64,000 nt of DNA from an uncultured Acidobacteriota bacterium (GCA_963843575.1 CAWJKZ010000013.1:352001-416000), one strand, 5' to 3'. Shown: positions 38,734 to 47,515, numbered from the stretch's first letter. Notes: generated by a model from the sequence alone, not told the origin. Made by a program: numbers and translations.

Positions 38734-38792
38734 GCCGCGTCGAGCCGCCGCGGCCCACTTCCTGTATCGCTTCAATCCGGATCTGTGGTATG
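38734..38792 (+). repeat. Right copy of the 59-bp direct repeat bracketing the vapBC module
   Basis: GCCGCGTCGAGCCGCCGCGGCCCACTTCCTGTATCGCTTCAATCCGGATCTGTGGTATG; 4 substitutions and 2 single-base indels versus 37930-37988. Confidence 0.9.
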
Positions 38793-38804
38793 TGTGATCT
38801 CCCT

Positions 38805-40088
38805 ATGTCAAGCGCTGCCCCAAAGCCCGACATCCGCGCGCGCCCGGAGCGCTGGGGCATCGCGGCACTGCTGTTCGCCGCGATGGTGTTCTGTTACGCC
38901 CACCGTGGCGCCCTGTCCGTCGCAGCTCCATTCATGCGTTCGGAGTTCGGCCTGTCGCGCAGCGCCATGGGGGTGCTGCTGGCGGCCTTCTTCTGGAGTT
39001 ACTCCTTCCTGCAGATCCCGGCCGGCTGGCTCGTCGACCGGTTCGGGGTGGTGCGGTCGTACGCGGCGGGTTTCCTGCTCTGGTCGGTGGCGCTTCTCCT
39101 CACCGGCTACACGCGCGCCTTCGCGATCCTCATCCTGCTGCGCATCCTGCTCGGGGTAGGCCAGTCCGTGGCCTTTCCGGCCAGCGCCCGTGCGGTGTCG
39201 AACTGGTTCCAGCAGCGGGAGCGGGGCACGGTCACCGCGTGCTACCTGACGGGGGTGAGGCTCGGTCAGGCGGCGATCAACGCGATCGGCGGCTTCCTGA
39301 TCGGGGCGTTCGGCCAGCGCCGGTTCTTCCTTCAGATCGGCCTGGTGCCGCTGCTGTGGCTCGTGCCGTGGCAGCGCTTTGTCGGGAGGCTCGAGACGGA
39401 GGAAGCGCCTGCAGTCGCCGGACGCACGCCCGAGCCTGGGGCGGCGGGTATCAAGGGCGTAGTGGCGCTGTTTTCTCAGACCAGCGTGCTGGGCATCTTC
39501 GCGGGCTTTTTCGCCTACGATTACGTCTGGTACGTCTTCACCAGCTGGCTGCCGTCCTATCTCGTCGAGGAGCGGGGCTTCACGGCGGCCGAGATGGGCG
39601 TCTATTCCTCGGTGCCGTTCGTGGGGATGTCGGTGGTGGTGATGCTCTCCGGGATCTTCAGCGACGCGCTGGTGCGGCACGGCTACCCCGAGCTGCGGGT
39701 GCGCAAGACGCTCTGCGCCGCGGGATTGATTATCGCCTGCCTGATCGTCCCGGCGGGATTGGTCGACGACAAGATGACGGCCGTCTGGCTGCTTACTTTG
39801 TCGCTGTGCGGCCTCGCGGTGGCGACCCCGAACACGTGGACCCTGACCCAGACCGTCTGCGCGCGCAACGTGGTGGGGACGGTCTCGGGGATCCAGAACT
39901 TCGGCGGCAACCTCGGCGGCGCGATCGCCCCCGCCCTCACCGGCTACATCGCGGACCAGACCGGCTCGTTCTTCCTCGCCATGGTCCTGTGCGGCATCAT
40001 CCTGGTCGCCGGTGCGGCATCCTACGTGCTGCTGGTCGGCCGCCCCGTCTCTGGAGTGCGGCGCCTAGGCGCCGCTTTGACGGGGTGA
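38805..40088 (+). CDS. MFS transporter (ACS/sugar-acid-like)
   Basis: AFFWSY..LQIPAGWLVDRFG, WFQQRERG, GIQNFGGNLGG; about 12 TM segments. Confidence 0.93.
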   Translation: MSSAAPKPDIRARPERWGIAALLFAAMVFCYAHRGALSVAAPFMRSEFGLSRSAMGVLLAAFFWSYSFLQIPAGWLVDRFGVVRSYAAGFLLWSVALLLTGYTRAFAILILLRILLGVGQSVAFPASARAVSNWFQQRERGTVTACYLTGVRLGQAAINAIGGFLIGAFGQRRFFLQIGLVPLLWLVPWQRFVGRLETEEAPAVAGRTPEPGAAGIKGVVALFSQTSVLGIFAGFFAYDYVWYVFTSWLPSYLVEERGFTAAEMGVYSSVPFVGMSVVVMLSGIFSDALVRHGYPELRVRKTLCAAGLIIACLIVPAGLVDDKMTAVWLLTLSLCGLAVATPNTWTLTQTVCARNVVGTVSGIQNFGGNLGGAIAPALTGYIADQTGSFFLAMVLCGIILVAGAASYVLLVGRPVSGVRRLGAALTG

Positions 40089-40163
40089 ACTTTGCTCCAC
40101 AGCGCGCACTACGAGCGGCGCCTAGGCGCCGCTCCGAAAGCGGCGTCGAGCCGCCGCACTCCA
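40052..40163. repeat. REP-A doublet between convergent genes
   Basis: TGGAGTGCGGCGCCTAGGCGCCGCTTT ... GAGCGGCGCCTAGGCGCCGCTC ... CGCCGCACTCCA. Confidence 0.93.
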
Positions 40164-40165
40164 GA

Positions 40166-41848
40166 TCATTTCTGCAGGATTGCGCCTTCGGCGACGCTCC
40201 CCACCAGCCGCATGTACCGGCGCAGCACGGGGCTGGTGATTTCTTTCTGGAGCAACTTCATCTCCCCCCGGCGCCTCTGCATCTCCTGCTCCGGGACGAG
40301 CAGCTCGAGGCTGCGCCCCGGGATGTCCATCCTGATGCTGTCGCCCTCGCACACGTAGGCGATGGCGCCGCCGGCCGCGGCTTCCGGGGCGATGTGCCCG
40401 ACGCACGGCCCGCGGGTCGACCCGGAGAATCGCCCGTCCGTGACAATCGCCGCGCTCTGTCCCAACCCCATCCCCATCAGCGCCGCCGTCGCGCTCAGCA
40501 TTTCGCGCATCCCCGGCCCGCCCCGCGGCCCTTCGTAGCGGATGACGACCACGTCCCCCGGCACGATCCTACCGTCGTAGATGGCGCGCACCGCGTCCTC
40601 TTCCGAGTCGAACACACGCGCCGGCCCGGTGTGGGCGAGCATCGCGGGGTCCACGCCGGTCTGTTTGACGATGCACCCTTCCGGCGCGAGGTTCCCCTTG
40701 AGCACGGCGTAGCTCCCCTGCGAGTGCACGGGGTTGCCGATCGGCCGTATGACGCCGGGGTTCCGGTTCTCGGCGGATTGGGCGATGTCGCGGACGCTGC
40801 GGCCTCCGGCGGTCATCTCGTCCGCGCAGAGCAGCGGCAGCAGCTCCTTCATGATGGCCGGCACCCCGCCGGCGGCGTCGAGGTCCCAAAGGGTGTCCGG
40901 ACCCGACGATTTCAACGCCGTGATGTGCGGCGTGTTTCGGCTGATCTCGTCGACCTGGTCCAGCGTGACTTTGATGTCGCACTCGGCCGCGATGGCGGGG
41001 ATGTGGATCACGGCGTTGCTCGACCCGCCTATGGCGGAGCTGACGATCAGCGCGTTCCGGAAAGACCGTTCGGTGACGAAGTCGCGTGGGCAGACGCCGG
41101 CTTCGGTGAGCCGGACGATCTCTTCGCCGCTGCGCCTCGCGATCCGCTTCTTGGCGGAGGAGACGGCGTGCGCCGTGGCGCAGCCCGGGAGCGAGAGCCC
41201 GAGCGTTTCCGCGACGCAGGCCATGGTGTTGGCGGTCCCGAGCATGGCGCAGGAGCCGGGCCCCGGGCAGACGGCGCACTCCATCTCGAGCATGTCCCGG
41301 TCGTCGAACTCCCCCTTGATCCACCGGCCCGTGGCTTCGCGCATGTCGGGCACCGCGATGCTCTTGCCGCGAAAGGTGCCGGGCATCATGGGGCCGCCGG
41401 TGACCATGAGGGAAGGGAGGTTCAGGCGCATCTGCGCCATGAGCATGGCAGGCTCGATCTTGTCGCAGGAGCAGAGAAAGGCGAGGCCGTCCATCTGCTG
41501 CGCCTCGACCACCAGTTCGATGGAGTCCGCGATCAGGTCGCGGCTTGGGAGGACGTAGCGCATCCCGGCGTGCCCCTGGGCGATGCCGTCGCAGATGGCG
41601 ATCGTGTTGAACTCGAACGGCACTCCCCCGGCCTCCAGGATGCCTTTCTTTACCTCTTCGGCGAGGTCCCTGAGATGGACGTGGCCCGGGTGCATCTCGT
41701 TCCAGGAATTGACGACTCCGATGAAGGGCTTCTCGAAGTCGCCGTCCAGCATCCCAAGCGAGCGCAAGTGCCCCCGATGCCCAGCCCGTTCCGGCCCGGC
41801 GACAATTGTCCTGCTGCGATACTTCTTTCGAACCGGAAAGTAGTCCAC
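40166..41848 (-). CDS. ilvD: Dihydroxy-acid dehydratase (IlvD/Edd family)
   Basis: CDGIAQGH, CDK, GPGSCAMLGTANTM, GGSSNA, GPRGGPGMREM, TDGRFSG. A sugar-acid dehydratase role is not excluded. Confidence 0.88.
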   Translation of the reverse strand: MDYFPVRKKYRSRTIVAGPERAGHRGHLRSLGMLDGDFEKPFIGVVNSWNEMHPGHVHLRDLAEEVKKGILEAGGVPFEFNTIAICDGIAQGHAGMRYVLPSRDLIADSIELVVEAQQMDGLAFLCSCDKIEPAMLMAQMRLNLPSLMVTGGPMMPGTFRGKSIAVPDMREATGRWIKGEFDDRDMLEMECAVCPGPGSCAMLGTANTMACVAETLGLSLPGCATAHAVSSAKKRIARRSGEEIVRLTEAGVCPRDFVTERSFRNALIVSSAIGGSSNAVIHIPAIAAECDIKVTLDQVDEISRNTPHITALKSSGPDTLWDLDAAGGVPAIMKELLPLLCADEMTAGGRSVRDIAQSAENRNPGVIRPIGNPVHSQGSYAVLKGNLAPEGCIVKQTGVDPAMLAHTGPARVFDSEEDAVRAIYDGRIVPGDVVVIRYEGPRGGPGMREMLSATAALMGMGLGQSAAIVTDGRFSGSTRGPCVGHIAPEAAAGGAIAYVCEGDSIRMDIPGRSLELLVPEQEMQRRRGEMKLLQKEITSPVLRRYMRLVGSVAEGAILQK

Positions 41849-41861
41849 TTGCTCACCAAAG

Positions 41862-41911
41862 GGCGGCGCCTAGGCGCCGCCTACAAAGCGGCGTCGAGCC
41901 GCCGCACTCCA
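41862..41911. repeat. REP-A element
   Basis: GGCGGCGCCTAGGCGCCGCC-TAC-AAAGCGGCGTCGAGCCGCCGCACTCCA. Confidence 0.93.
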
Positions 41912-41913
41912 TA

Positions 41914-42969
41914 TCACTTCTTCTCGGTGATGTGCTGGACCGCGATGGTTTGCAGGGCGCCGTTCACGTCGGGCTTCTGCACCTGGATCTCGGTCTCGGT
42001 CGTGTCCGCGCCGGCCGGGCGCGTCGTCCGTACGACCTTCTCGCTCACCTGCAGTCCGCTCGACGGCGCCGCCGGGTTCACCTGCGACGTGGTCTGGGTA
42101 ACCTGCTGCGAGCCGTCGGCGTAGCTCGCGCTGACGATGACCGCGCGCGCGTTCAGCCGCAACCTGCCGGTGGAGTCGGCGAGGTGTGTTTCGATCTCGC
42201 CGCGCGCGTTCCCCTGCGGGTCTTTCGTCTCCCGGCTCACCTCGTGCCGGAGCAGCGTCATCGAGCCGTTGACGTCCTGCCGGTAGACGTCTTCCTGCGC
42301 GGAGGTCTGTTGCGCCGTCTGCCGGCTGCTGCTGACGTGCCTCTCCGCCGCGGCCATGCTCCCGGACGAGTTGGCCCGATAGGCGGTCTTGTCGATCTCG
42401 ACGGTCCCGTCCGCCTTCTTCTTCTCGATCTGGACCACCTGTTCGGTCTGGGTCAGCTGCCCGCTCCCGCGCGCCACCGTAGCTTGAGTCCGGTAGGTGT
42501 CGGCCCCCGCGGCGGCGGTTTCCTGTGAAACCCGCTCGACCTGCAGCATGCGGCCGTTCGCGTCGCGTCGCGTCACGGACCGGGTGGCGCTGAACCCGTT
42601 GTTCGGGGTGGCGCGCACATCCTCGGTGACGAGTTCCACGACTTCGTCGCGCCCGTTGACGTCGCGGTTGTAGGTGCGCCGGACGATGCGCATGGTATTG
42701 GGGTCGGGCCGCGTGATCTCGGTTTGGGTGTTCGAGGGCACCTCCGCGCGCGCGTTGAGGGCCAGGGACGCGAGCGTGCGGCCTTCGTACACCACCCCGC
42801 GATTCTGCGCCCCCGCCTCGACCCAGTGGAACCCGGCAAACGGGTCTTTGGGCTTTTCTGCGGGGCGCGCCAACACGCAGAGCATCAAGAGTGACGGAAT
42901 CAGGAACGGGCGGCGCCCAGGCGCCGCCTTGAAAGCGGCGTCGAGCCGCCGCACTCCATAACCTTTCAT
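41914..42969 (-). CDS. Secreted hypothetical protein with repeated (Y/T)xxDxNG beta-hairpins; REP-A inside the signal peptide
   Basis: GGAG RBS 6 nt before ATG 42969; YNRDVNG, TRRDANG, YRQDVNG and QKPDVNG repeats. Confidence 0.8.
   Translation of the reverse strand: MKGYGVRRLDAAFKAAPGRRPFLIPSLLMLCVLARPAEKPKDPFAGFHWVEAGAQNRGVVYEGRTLASLALNARAEVPSNTQTEITRPDPNTMRIVRRTYNRDVNGRDEVVELVTEDVRATPNNGFSATRSVTRRDANGRMLQVERVSQETAAAGADTYRTQATVARGSGQLTQTEQVVQIEKKKADGTVEIDKTAYRANSSGSMAAAERHVSSSRQTAQQTSAQEDVYRQDVNGSMTLLRHEVSRETKDPQGNARGEIETHLADSTGRLRLNARAVIVSASYADGSQQVTQTTSQVNPAAPSSGLQVSEKVVRTTRPAGADTTETEIQVQKPDVNGALQTIAVQHITEKK
42908..42958. repeat. REP-A element within a CDS
   Basis: GGGCGGCGCCCAGGCGCCGCC-TTG-AAAGCGGCGTCGAGCCGCCGCACTCCA. 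Confidence 0.92.
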
Positions 42970-43091
42970 TGTCAGCTCCGGAAGGAGGTTCGTCTTATGC
43001 TAGGGTCAGTAGGGCTCGGTGTCAACGAAAGCCCCCGGACGTAATTGCTTTGAAACCGGCTTCGGCTGTAAGATGCGACCAGGAGGCCGCC

Positions 43092-44090
43092 GTGACTTCC
43101 CCGGAGACAAGGGTCGGACTCCGTCCGATTGGCGACTACCTTTCGTGTTCCCATGCGGACATCGAGTGGGCGCTGTCCGTCCAGGCCATCGAGTCTGCGT
43201 CGGGCAACGTGAAGCGGCTTGGGGAGATCCTGGTCGCGCGCGAGCATCTGGACCAGGAAGACCTTCTCGCGGCCCTCGAATCGCAGCGCACCGACCGGTT
43301 GCGGCTTTGCTCCCTGACGGCGGACCTGAATTGGGAGGAACTGGTCAGGCTCGGAAAAAAGACCGAGGAGATGGAACTCGAGCCCGGTCAGATCCTGTTC
43401 CACGAGGCACAAAGGGGCGACAGCGTCTACGTGGTATTGGCCGGGCGTCTGCTCAAGTCGAGCTCCGTGGAACAGTCGGAGCTCCCAACCGGGGTGGTTG
43501 TGCCCGGCGACGTCCTGGGTGAAGACGAGTTCTACACGGACGGCACGCGGCGCTGTTCGGTGTATGCGACCGAACCCTCGGTGCTGCTGAAGATCCGGTA
43601 CGAGCTGTTGCCCAGAGGCACAAGGGAGAAGCCCTCGTCGTTTGCCTTGCCGCCAGGAGGCTCCCCGGAGGAGGTCGCGGCGGGGATCGCCCGGAAGGCG
43701 TGCGAGGTCCTGGACGCGGATCGCGCCTATGTCTTCGTGCGCGATCTCGCATCCGGGGACCTTATCGGGCGCTCCGGGGAAGAGCCGATCAGGGTGAAGG
43801 CCGGCACGGACGTCGCCGGCTGGGTGGCGCTCAAGCGGGAGACGGTCAATCTTCAGGAAGCCTATCTCGACCCGAGGTTCGACACTTCGATCGACGTCGT
43901 GACGGGTTACTGGACCCGAAGCCTGCTGGCTGCCCCGGTGTTTGGCAGCGGTGGTGACGTGGTCGGGGTCGTCGAGGTCGTGAACAAGCGCACGGGCCGT
44001 TTCGACGCCGACGACGAAGCCCTCCTTCACGCCTTCGCCCACCAATGTTCCACTTCGAGATTCTTCGAGCCCTTCGAGGCCTCGAGGTGA
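43092..44090 (+). CDS. MshEN-like + cyclic-nucleotide-binding + GAF sensor protein
   Basis: AGGAGG RBS, GTG start; RLGEILV.....QEDLLAALESQ; PGQILFHE..GDSVYVVLAG..PGDVLGE..RRCSV; DPRFDTSIDVVTGYWTRSLLAAP..VVEVVNK..F...DE. Confidence 0.85.
   Translation: MTSPETRVGLRPIGDYLSCSHADIEWALSVQAIESASGNVKRLGEILVAREHLDQEDLLAALESQRTDRLRLCSLTADLNWEELVRLGKKTEEMELEPGQILFHEAQRGDSVYVVLAGRLLKSSSVEQSELPTGVVVPGDVLGEDEFYTDGTRRCSVYATEPSVLLKIRYELLPRGTREKPSSFALPPGGSPEEVAAGIARKACEVLDADRAYVFVRDLASGDLIGRSGEEPIRVKAGTDVAGWVALKRETVNLQEAYLDPRFDTSIDVVTGYWTRSLLAAPVFGSGGDVVGVVEVVNKRTGRFDADDEALLHAFAHQCSTSRFFEPFEASR
44053..44090. repeat. Repeat family D arm supplying the last codons and stop of the sensor gene
   Basis: CTTCGAGATTCTTCGAGCCCTTCGAGGCCTCGAGGTGA is similar to the reverse complement of 21252-21279. 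Confidence 0.7.
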
Positions 44091-44121
44091 TCTCTGAACT
44101 CTCTACCTACTCCATCCAGAT

Positions 44122-45177
44122 ATGCCCACGAAACGTGTTTTGGTTACCGGCAGCAGCGGTCTGATCGGGTCCGAAGCCGTCCTGTTTTTTGATCGTCTCG
44201 GGTGGGACGTCCACGGGATCGACAACAACATGCGGCGGGATTTCTTCGGTCCCGACGGCGACACGGCGTGGAACCTGAAGCGGCTCCAGGGCGCTGCCGC
44301 GCGCTTTACGCACCACGACACCGACATGCGGGACCGGGAGTCGCTCCTGGAGATCCTGCGGAGCGCCCGACCGGACCTGATCGTGCACTGCGCCGCCCAG
44401 CCCTCACACGATCTTGCCAAAGACCGTGCGTTCGACGACTTCGACGTCAACGCCGTGGGCACGCTCAACCTGCTGGAGAGCGTGCGGCGTTATGCGCCCG
44501 ATTCCCCGTTTGTTTTCATGAGCACCAACAAGGTCTACGGCGACCGGCCCAATCTGGTCCCCGTGAGCGAACTCGAGACCCGCTACGATTACACCCCCGA
44601 ATTTCGCGACGGGATCGACGAGACCTGCCCGGTGGATACCTGCACCCACAGCATTTTCGGGGCCTCGAAACTCGCCGCCGACGTCATGGTCCAGGAGTAC
44701 GGCAGGTACTTCGGCATCCCCACGGTCTGTTTCCGCGCCGGGTGCCTCACCGGCCCGAATCATTCGGGTGTCGAGCTCCACGGCTTCCTTGCCTATCTCG
44801 CGAAGGCGGTGCGGGAAGGCCGCCCGTACCGGATCTACGGCTACAAGGGCAAGCAGGTGCGCGACAACCTGCACTCCTTCGATGTCTGCGCGGCGATGCT
44901 GGAGTTTTACCGCGCCCCGCGTCCGGGGGCGGTGTACAACCTCGGGGGCGGGCGCGACAACAGCGTGTCCCTCCTGGAGGCCGTCGCGAGCCTGGAAGCG
45001 CTCACGGGCAGAAAACTCCCCGTCGAATACGTCGATCGCCCGAGGGTTGGCGACCACATCTGCTACATCACGAACCTGGGCCGGTTCAGGGCGGACTACC
45101 CGGAATGGAAGGTAAGCCGTTCCCTGGAGAGCATCCTGCAGGAACTCGCGCAGCCCGCCCTCAAGGCCAGGACATGA
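44122..45177 (+). CDS. NAD-dependent nucleotide-sugar epimerase/dehydratase (CDP-paratose epimerase-like)
   Basis: [35 protein letters not shown]. Confidence 0.92.
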   Translation: MPTKRVLVTGSSGLIGSEAVLFFDRLGWDVHGIDNNMRRDFFGPDGDTAWNLKRLQGAAARFTHHDTDMRDRESLLEILRSARPDLIVHCAAQPSHDLAKDRAFDDFDVNAVGTLNLLESVRRYAPDSPFVFMSTNKVYGDRPNLVPVSELETRYDYTPEFRDGIDETCPVDTCTHSIFGASKLAADVMVQEYGRYFGIPTVCFRAGCLTGPNHSGVELHGFLAYLAKAVREGRPYRIYGYKGKQVRDNLHSFDVCAAMLEFYRAPRPGAVYNLGGGRDNSVSLLEAVASLEALTGRKLPVEYVDRPRVGDHICYITNLGRFRADYPEWKVSRSLESILQELAQPALKART

Positions 45178-45908
45178 AACTCTCCGTCGTGATCCCGGCC
45201 CGGAACGAGGAGGGGACGGTCGGGTCGACCGTCGATTCCATCCGGAGCCGTCTTCGGCGCGAGGGGATAGCCTACGAGGTGATCGTCGTCGACGACGGGA
45301 GCTCCGACGGAACGGCTTCCGAGGTCGAGAAACGCTCCCGGGAAGACGCCGACGTCCGGTTGCTGCGGAATGGGGGGCCGAACGGGTTCGGATACGCCGT
45401 CGCCACGGGGCTCGATGCCTTCCATGGGGACGCGGTCGCCATCATGATGGCGGACGGGTCCGACGACGTCGAGGACCTCGTCCGCTACTTCGTCATCCTG
45501 CGGGACAGCGCGGAGTGCGCCTTCGGCTCCCGCTTCGTGGCGGGGGGCCGGGTCGAGGGTTACCCGAAGTTCAAGCTCGTGATCAACCGGCTGGCCAACT
45601 TCTTTGTGCGGGTCTTGTTCGGGATCGGCTACAACGACGTCACGAACGCGTTCAAGGGGTATCGCGCCAACGTTATTCAGGGCTGTCGCCCCTTGCTGTC
45701 GCGGCACTTTAATCTGACGGTAGAGTTACCGCTGAAGGCCATCGTGCGCGGCTATTCGTACGAGGTCGTCCCGATCGGCTGGCGGCAGAGGACTTGGGGC
45801 GAATCGGCCTTGCACCTCAAGGAGATGGGGAGCCGATACCTTTTCATCGTCCTGTACGTCTGGCTGGAGAAGCTCCTCTGCAAGCGCGACTACCGCAGAG
45901 TCGAATGA
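45174..45908 (+). CDS. GT2 glycosyltransferase (polyprenol-phosphate/DPM1-like)
   Basis: [37 protein letters not shown]; ATGA overlap with the epimerase. Confidence 0.92.
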   Translation: MKLSVVIPARNEEGTVGSTVDSIRSRLRREGIAYEVIVVDDGSSDGTASEVEKRSREDADVRLLRNGGPNGFGYAVATGLDAFHGDAVAIMMADGSDDVEDLVRYFVILRDSAECAFGSRFVAGGRVEGYPKFKLVINRLANFFVRVLFGIGYNDVTNAFKGYRANVIQGCRPLLSRHFNLTVELPLKAIVRGYSYEVVPIGWRQRTWGESALHLKEMGSRYLFIVLYVWLEKLLCKRDYRRVE

Positions 45909-45914
45909 CGCACG

Positions 45915-46092
45915 CGCCAACCCCAAGTGTCTTTAAATCCAGAGGCTGTCCAACGGTTGAACCACCCGGCCTGCCGGAAAAACAAGTGGGTCCGGGCTTC
46001 AGCCCGGACGTCTTTAAATCCGTTCCATATAGTTCCACCTGCCCTGCATAGCGACTGCAAACTGCGTCCGGGCTGAAGCCCGGACCCACTTG
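45915..46092. repeat. REP-B composite copy 3, doublet core inverted relative to copy 2
   Basis: Carries the same AGAGGCTGTCCAACGGTTGAACCACC module; spacer 46011-46064 is the reverse complement of 25170-25223 with 5 mismatches. Confidence 0.92.
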
Positions 46093-46138
46093 ATTTTTGT
46101 GCTTCACGCGTCGGTATTGTGTGTCCTCCTGAGGTCGA

Positions 46139-47515
46139 TCAGCCTTTGCGGGTTCCGTCTACCGTCGCGTTCATCAGCGCCTGCAACGGGGCGACGCGCT
46201 CCTGCGGCGGCGAATCCGATACGTAGAGGTTCTCGAGCGCGTCCTGCACCAGTTCCAGCGTAAGCCTCGGGGTTACCCCCATGTACCGGCAGGCCGCGAC
46301 GGCGTGCTCCACGATGAATATCGGGTGATAGGCGGCGCACACCGACCCGGTCCGCGGGTAAAAATCCTCGAGCAGAAAATCCAGTATCGCGTCGTCCAGC
46401 CTGACGCCGTACTGCTCGCACACCCGGCGGAAGATCAGGCAGTAATCCGCCACGGAAGGGGGATCGACCCGCAGCTTGTACTTCACCCTCCTCAACAGCG
46501 CCGGGTCCATGAGTGTGTTGGGCGAGATGTTGGTCGAGAAGATCACCATCTCGTCGAACGGGTAATCGAACTTCTTTCCGGTGTGGATGGTGAGGTAGTC
46601 GATCTTTTTCTCGAGCGGCACGATCCAGCGGTTGAGCAGGTCCTTGGGCTGCACCAGCTGTCGGCCGAAATCGTCGATGATGAAGACTCCGCCGAGCGCC
46701 TTGACCTGGGGCGGCGCCTCGTAGAACTTGGCGGTCGTCTCGTACTGCAGGTCGAGCACGTCGAGGGTGAGTTCTCCCCCCATGAGGATGACCGGCCTGC
46801 GGCACCTGACCCACCGCAGGTCCGGCTTCTTCCTGATGATCAGCTCGGTCTCGTCACGGGGGGGAAGTTCGACGTGGATGGTCGGGTCAAAGACCCGGAT
46901 CACCTGTCCGTCGACCTCGATGGCGTGGGGTATGTAGACGGGCTGTTTGAAAACCTTCCCGATCGACTCGCTGACCGAGGTCTTCCCGTTCCCCGCGGAC
47001 CCATAGACCAGCAGTGACCGCGAGGAATTGACGGCGGGGCCAAGCCGGCGGATCAGCGATTCAGGCACGACCAGGTGGGACAGGGCGGCCGTCAGGTCGC
47101 TGACCGTCACCTTCTCGTTCGCGATGCTCTGTTTCTTCACCTGCGTCTGGAATGATGTGAGCGGCACCGGCGCAGGCCCGACATACTCGCACTGGTTTGC
47201 GGCATCCAGAGCCTGGTCTCTCCCGGCGTTCGTGAGGCCGTAGCGCAGGACGGGGACGTTTCCCGGGATCGATCCCAGAACTTCGACGCACTTCTGGTGC
47301 TTGAGGCCGAGCAACAGCTGGTCGACCACCGAAGGGCTCAGCTTGAGGCGTTCGGCGACGTCGGCGACCGTTTCCAGCGCCAGCGTGTGGAGCATCTTCA
47401 AGACGAGCGCATTCAGGAACTTGCAGCTCAATCCCGTCTCTGCGACGGTTGTGGGGAAGGGCGGGGGCGCGTTCCCGTCAAGGGGAGCGCGCTCGCCGGC
47501 AGCGGTCTGGTCCAT
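46139..47515 (-). CDS. AAA+ family ATPase with an N-terminal winged-helix-like region
   Basis: Walker A GSAGNGKTS, GGEL, Walker B FIIDDFGRQ, IFSTN, LLRR. Confidence 0.88.
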   Translation of the reverse strand: MDQTAAGERAPLDGNAPPPFPTTVAETGLSCKFLNALVLKMLHTLALETVADVAERLKLSPSVVDQLLLGLKHQKCVEVLGSIPGNVPVLRYGLTNAGRDQALDAANQCEYVGPAPVPLTSFQTQVKKQSIANEKVTVSDLTAALSHLVVPESLIRRLGPAVNSSRSLLVYGSAGNGKTSVSESIGKVFKQPVYIPHAIEVDGQVIRVFDPTIHVELPPRDETELIIRKKPDLRWVRCRRPVILMGGELTLDVLDLQYETTAKFYEAPPQVKALGGVFIIDDFGRQLVQPKDLLNRWIVPLEKKIDYLTIHTGKKFDYPFDEMVIFSTNISPNTLMDPALLRRVKYKLRVDPPSVADYCLIFRRVCEQYGVRLDDAILDFLLEDFYPRTGSVCAAYHPIFIVEHAVAACRYMGVTPRLTLELVQDALENLYVSDSPPQERVAPLQALMNATVDGTRKG

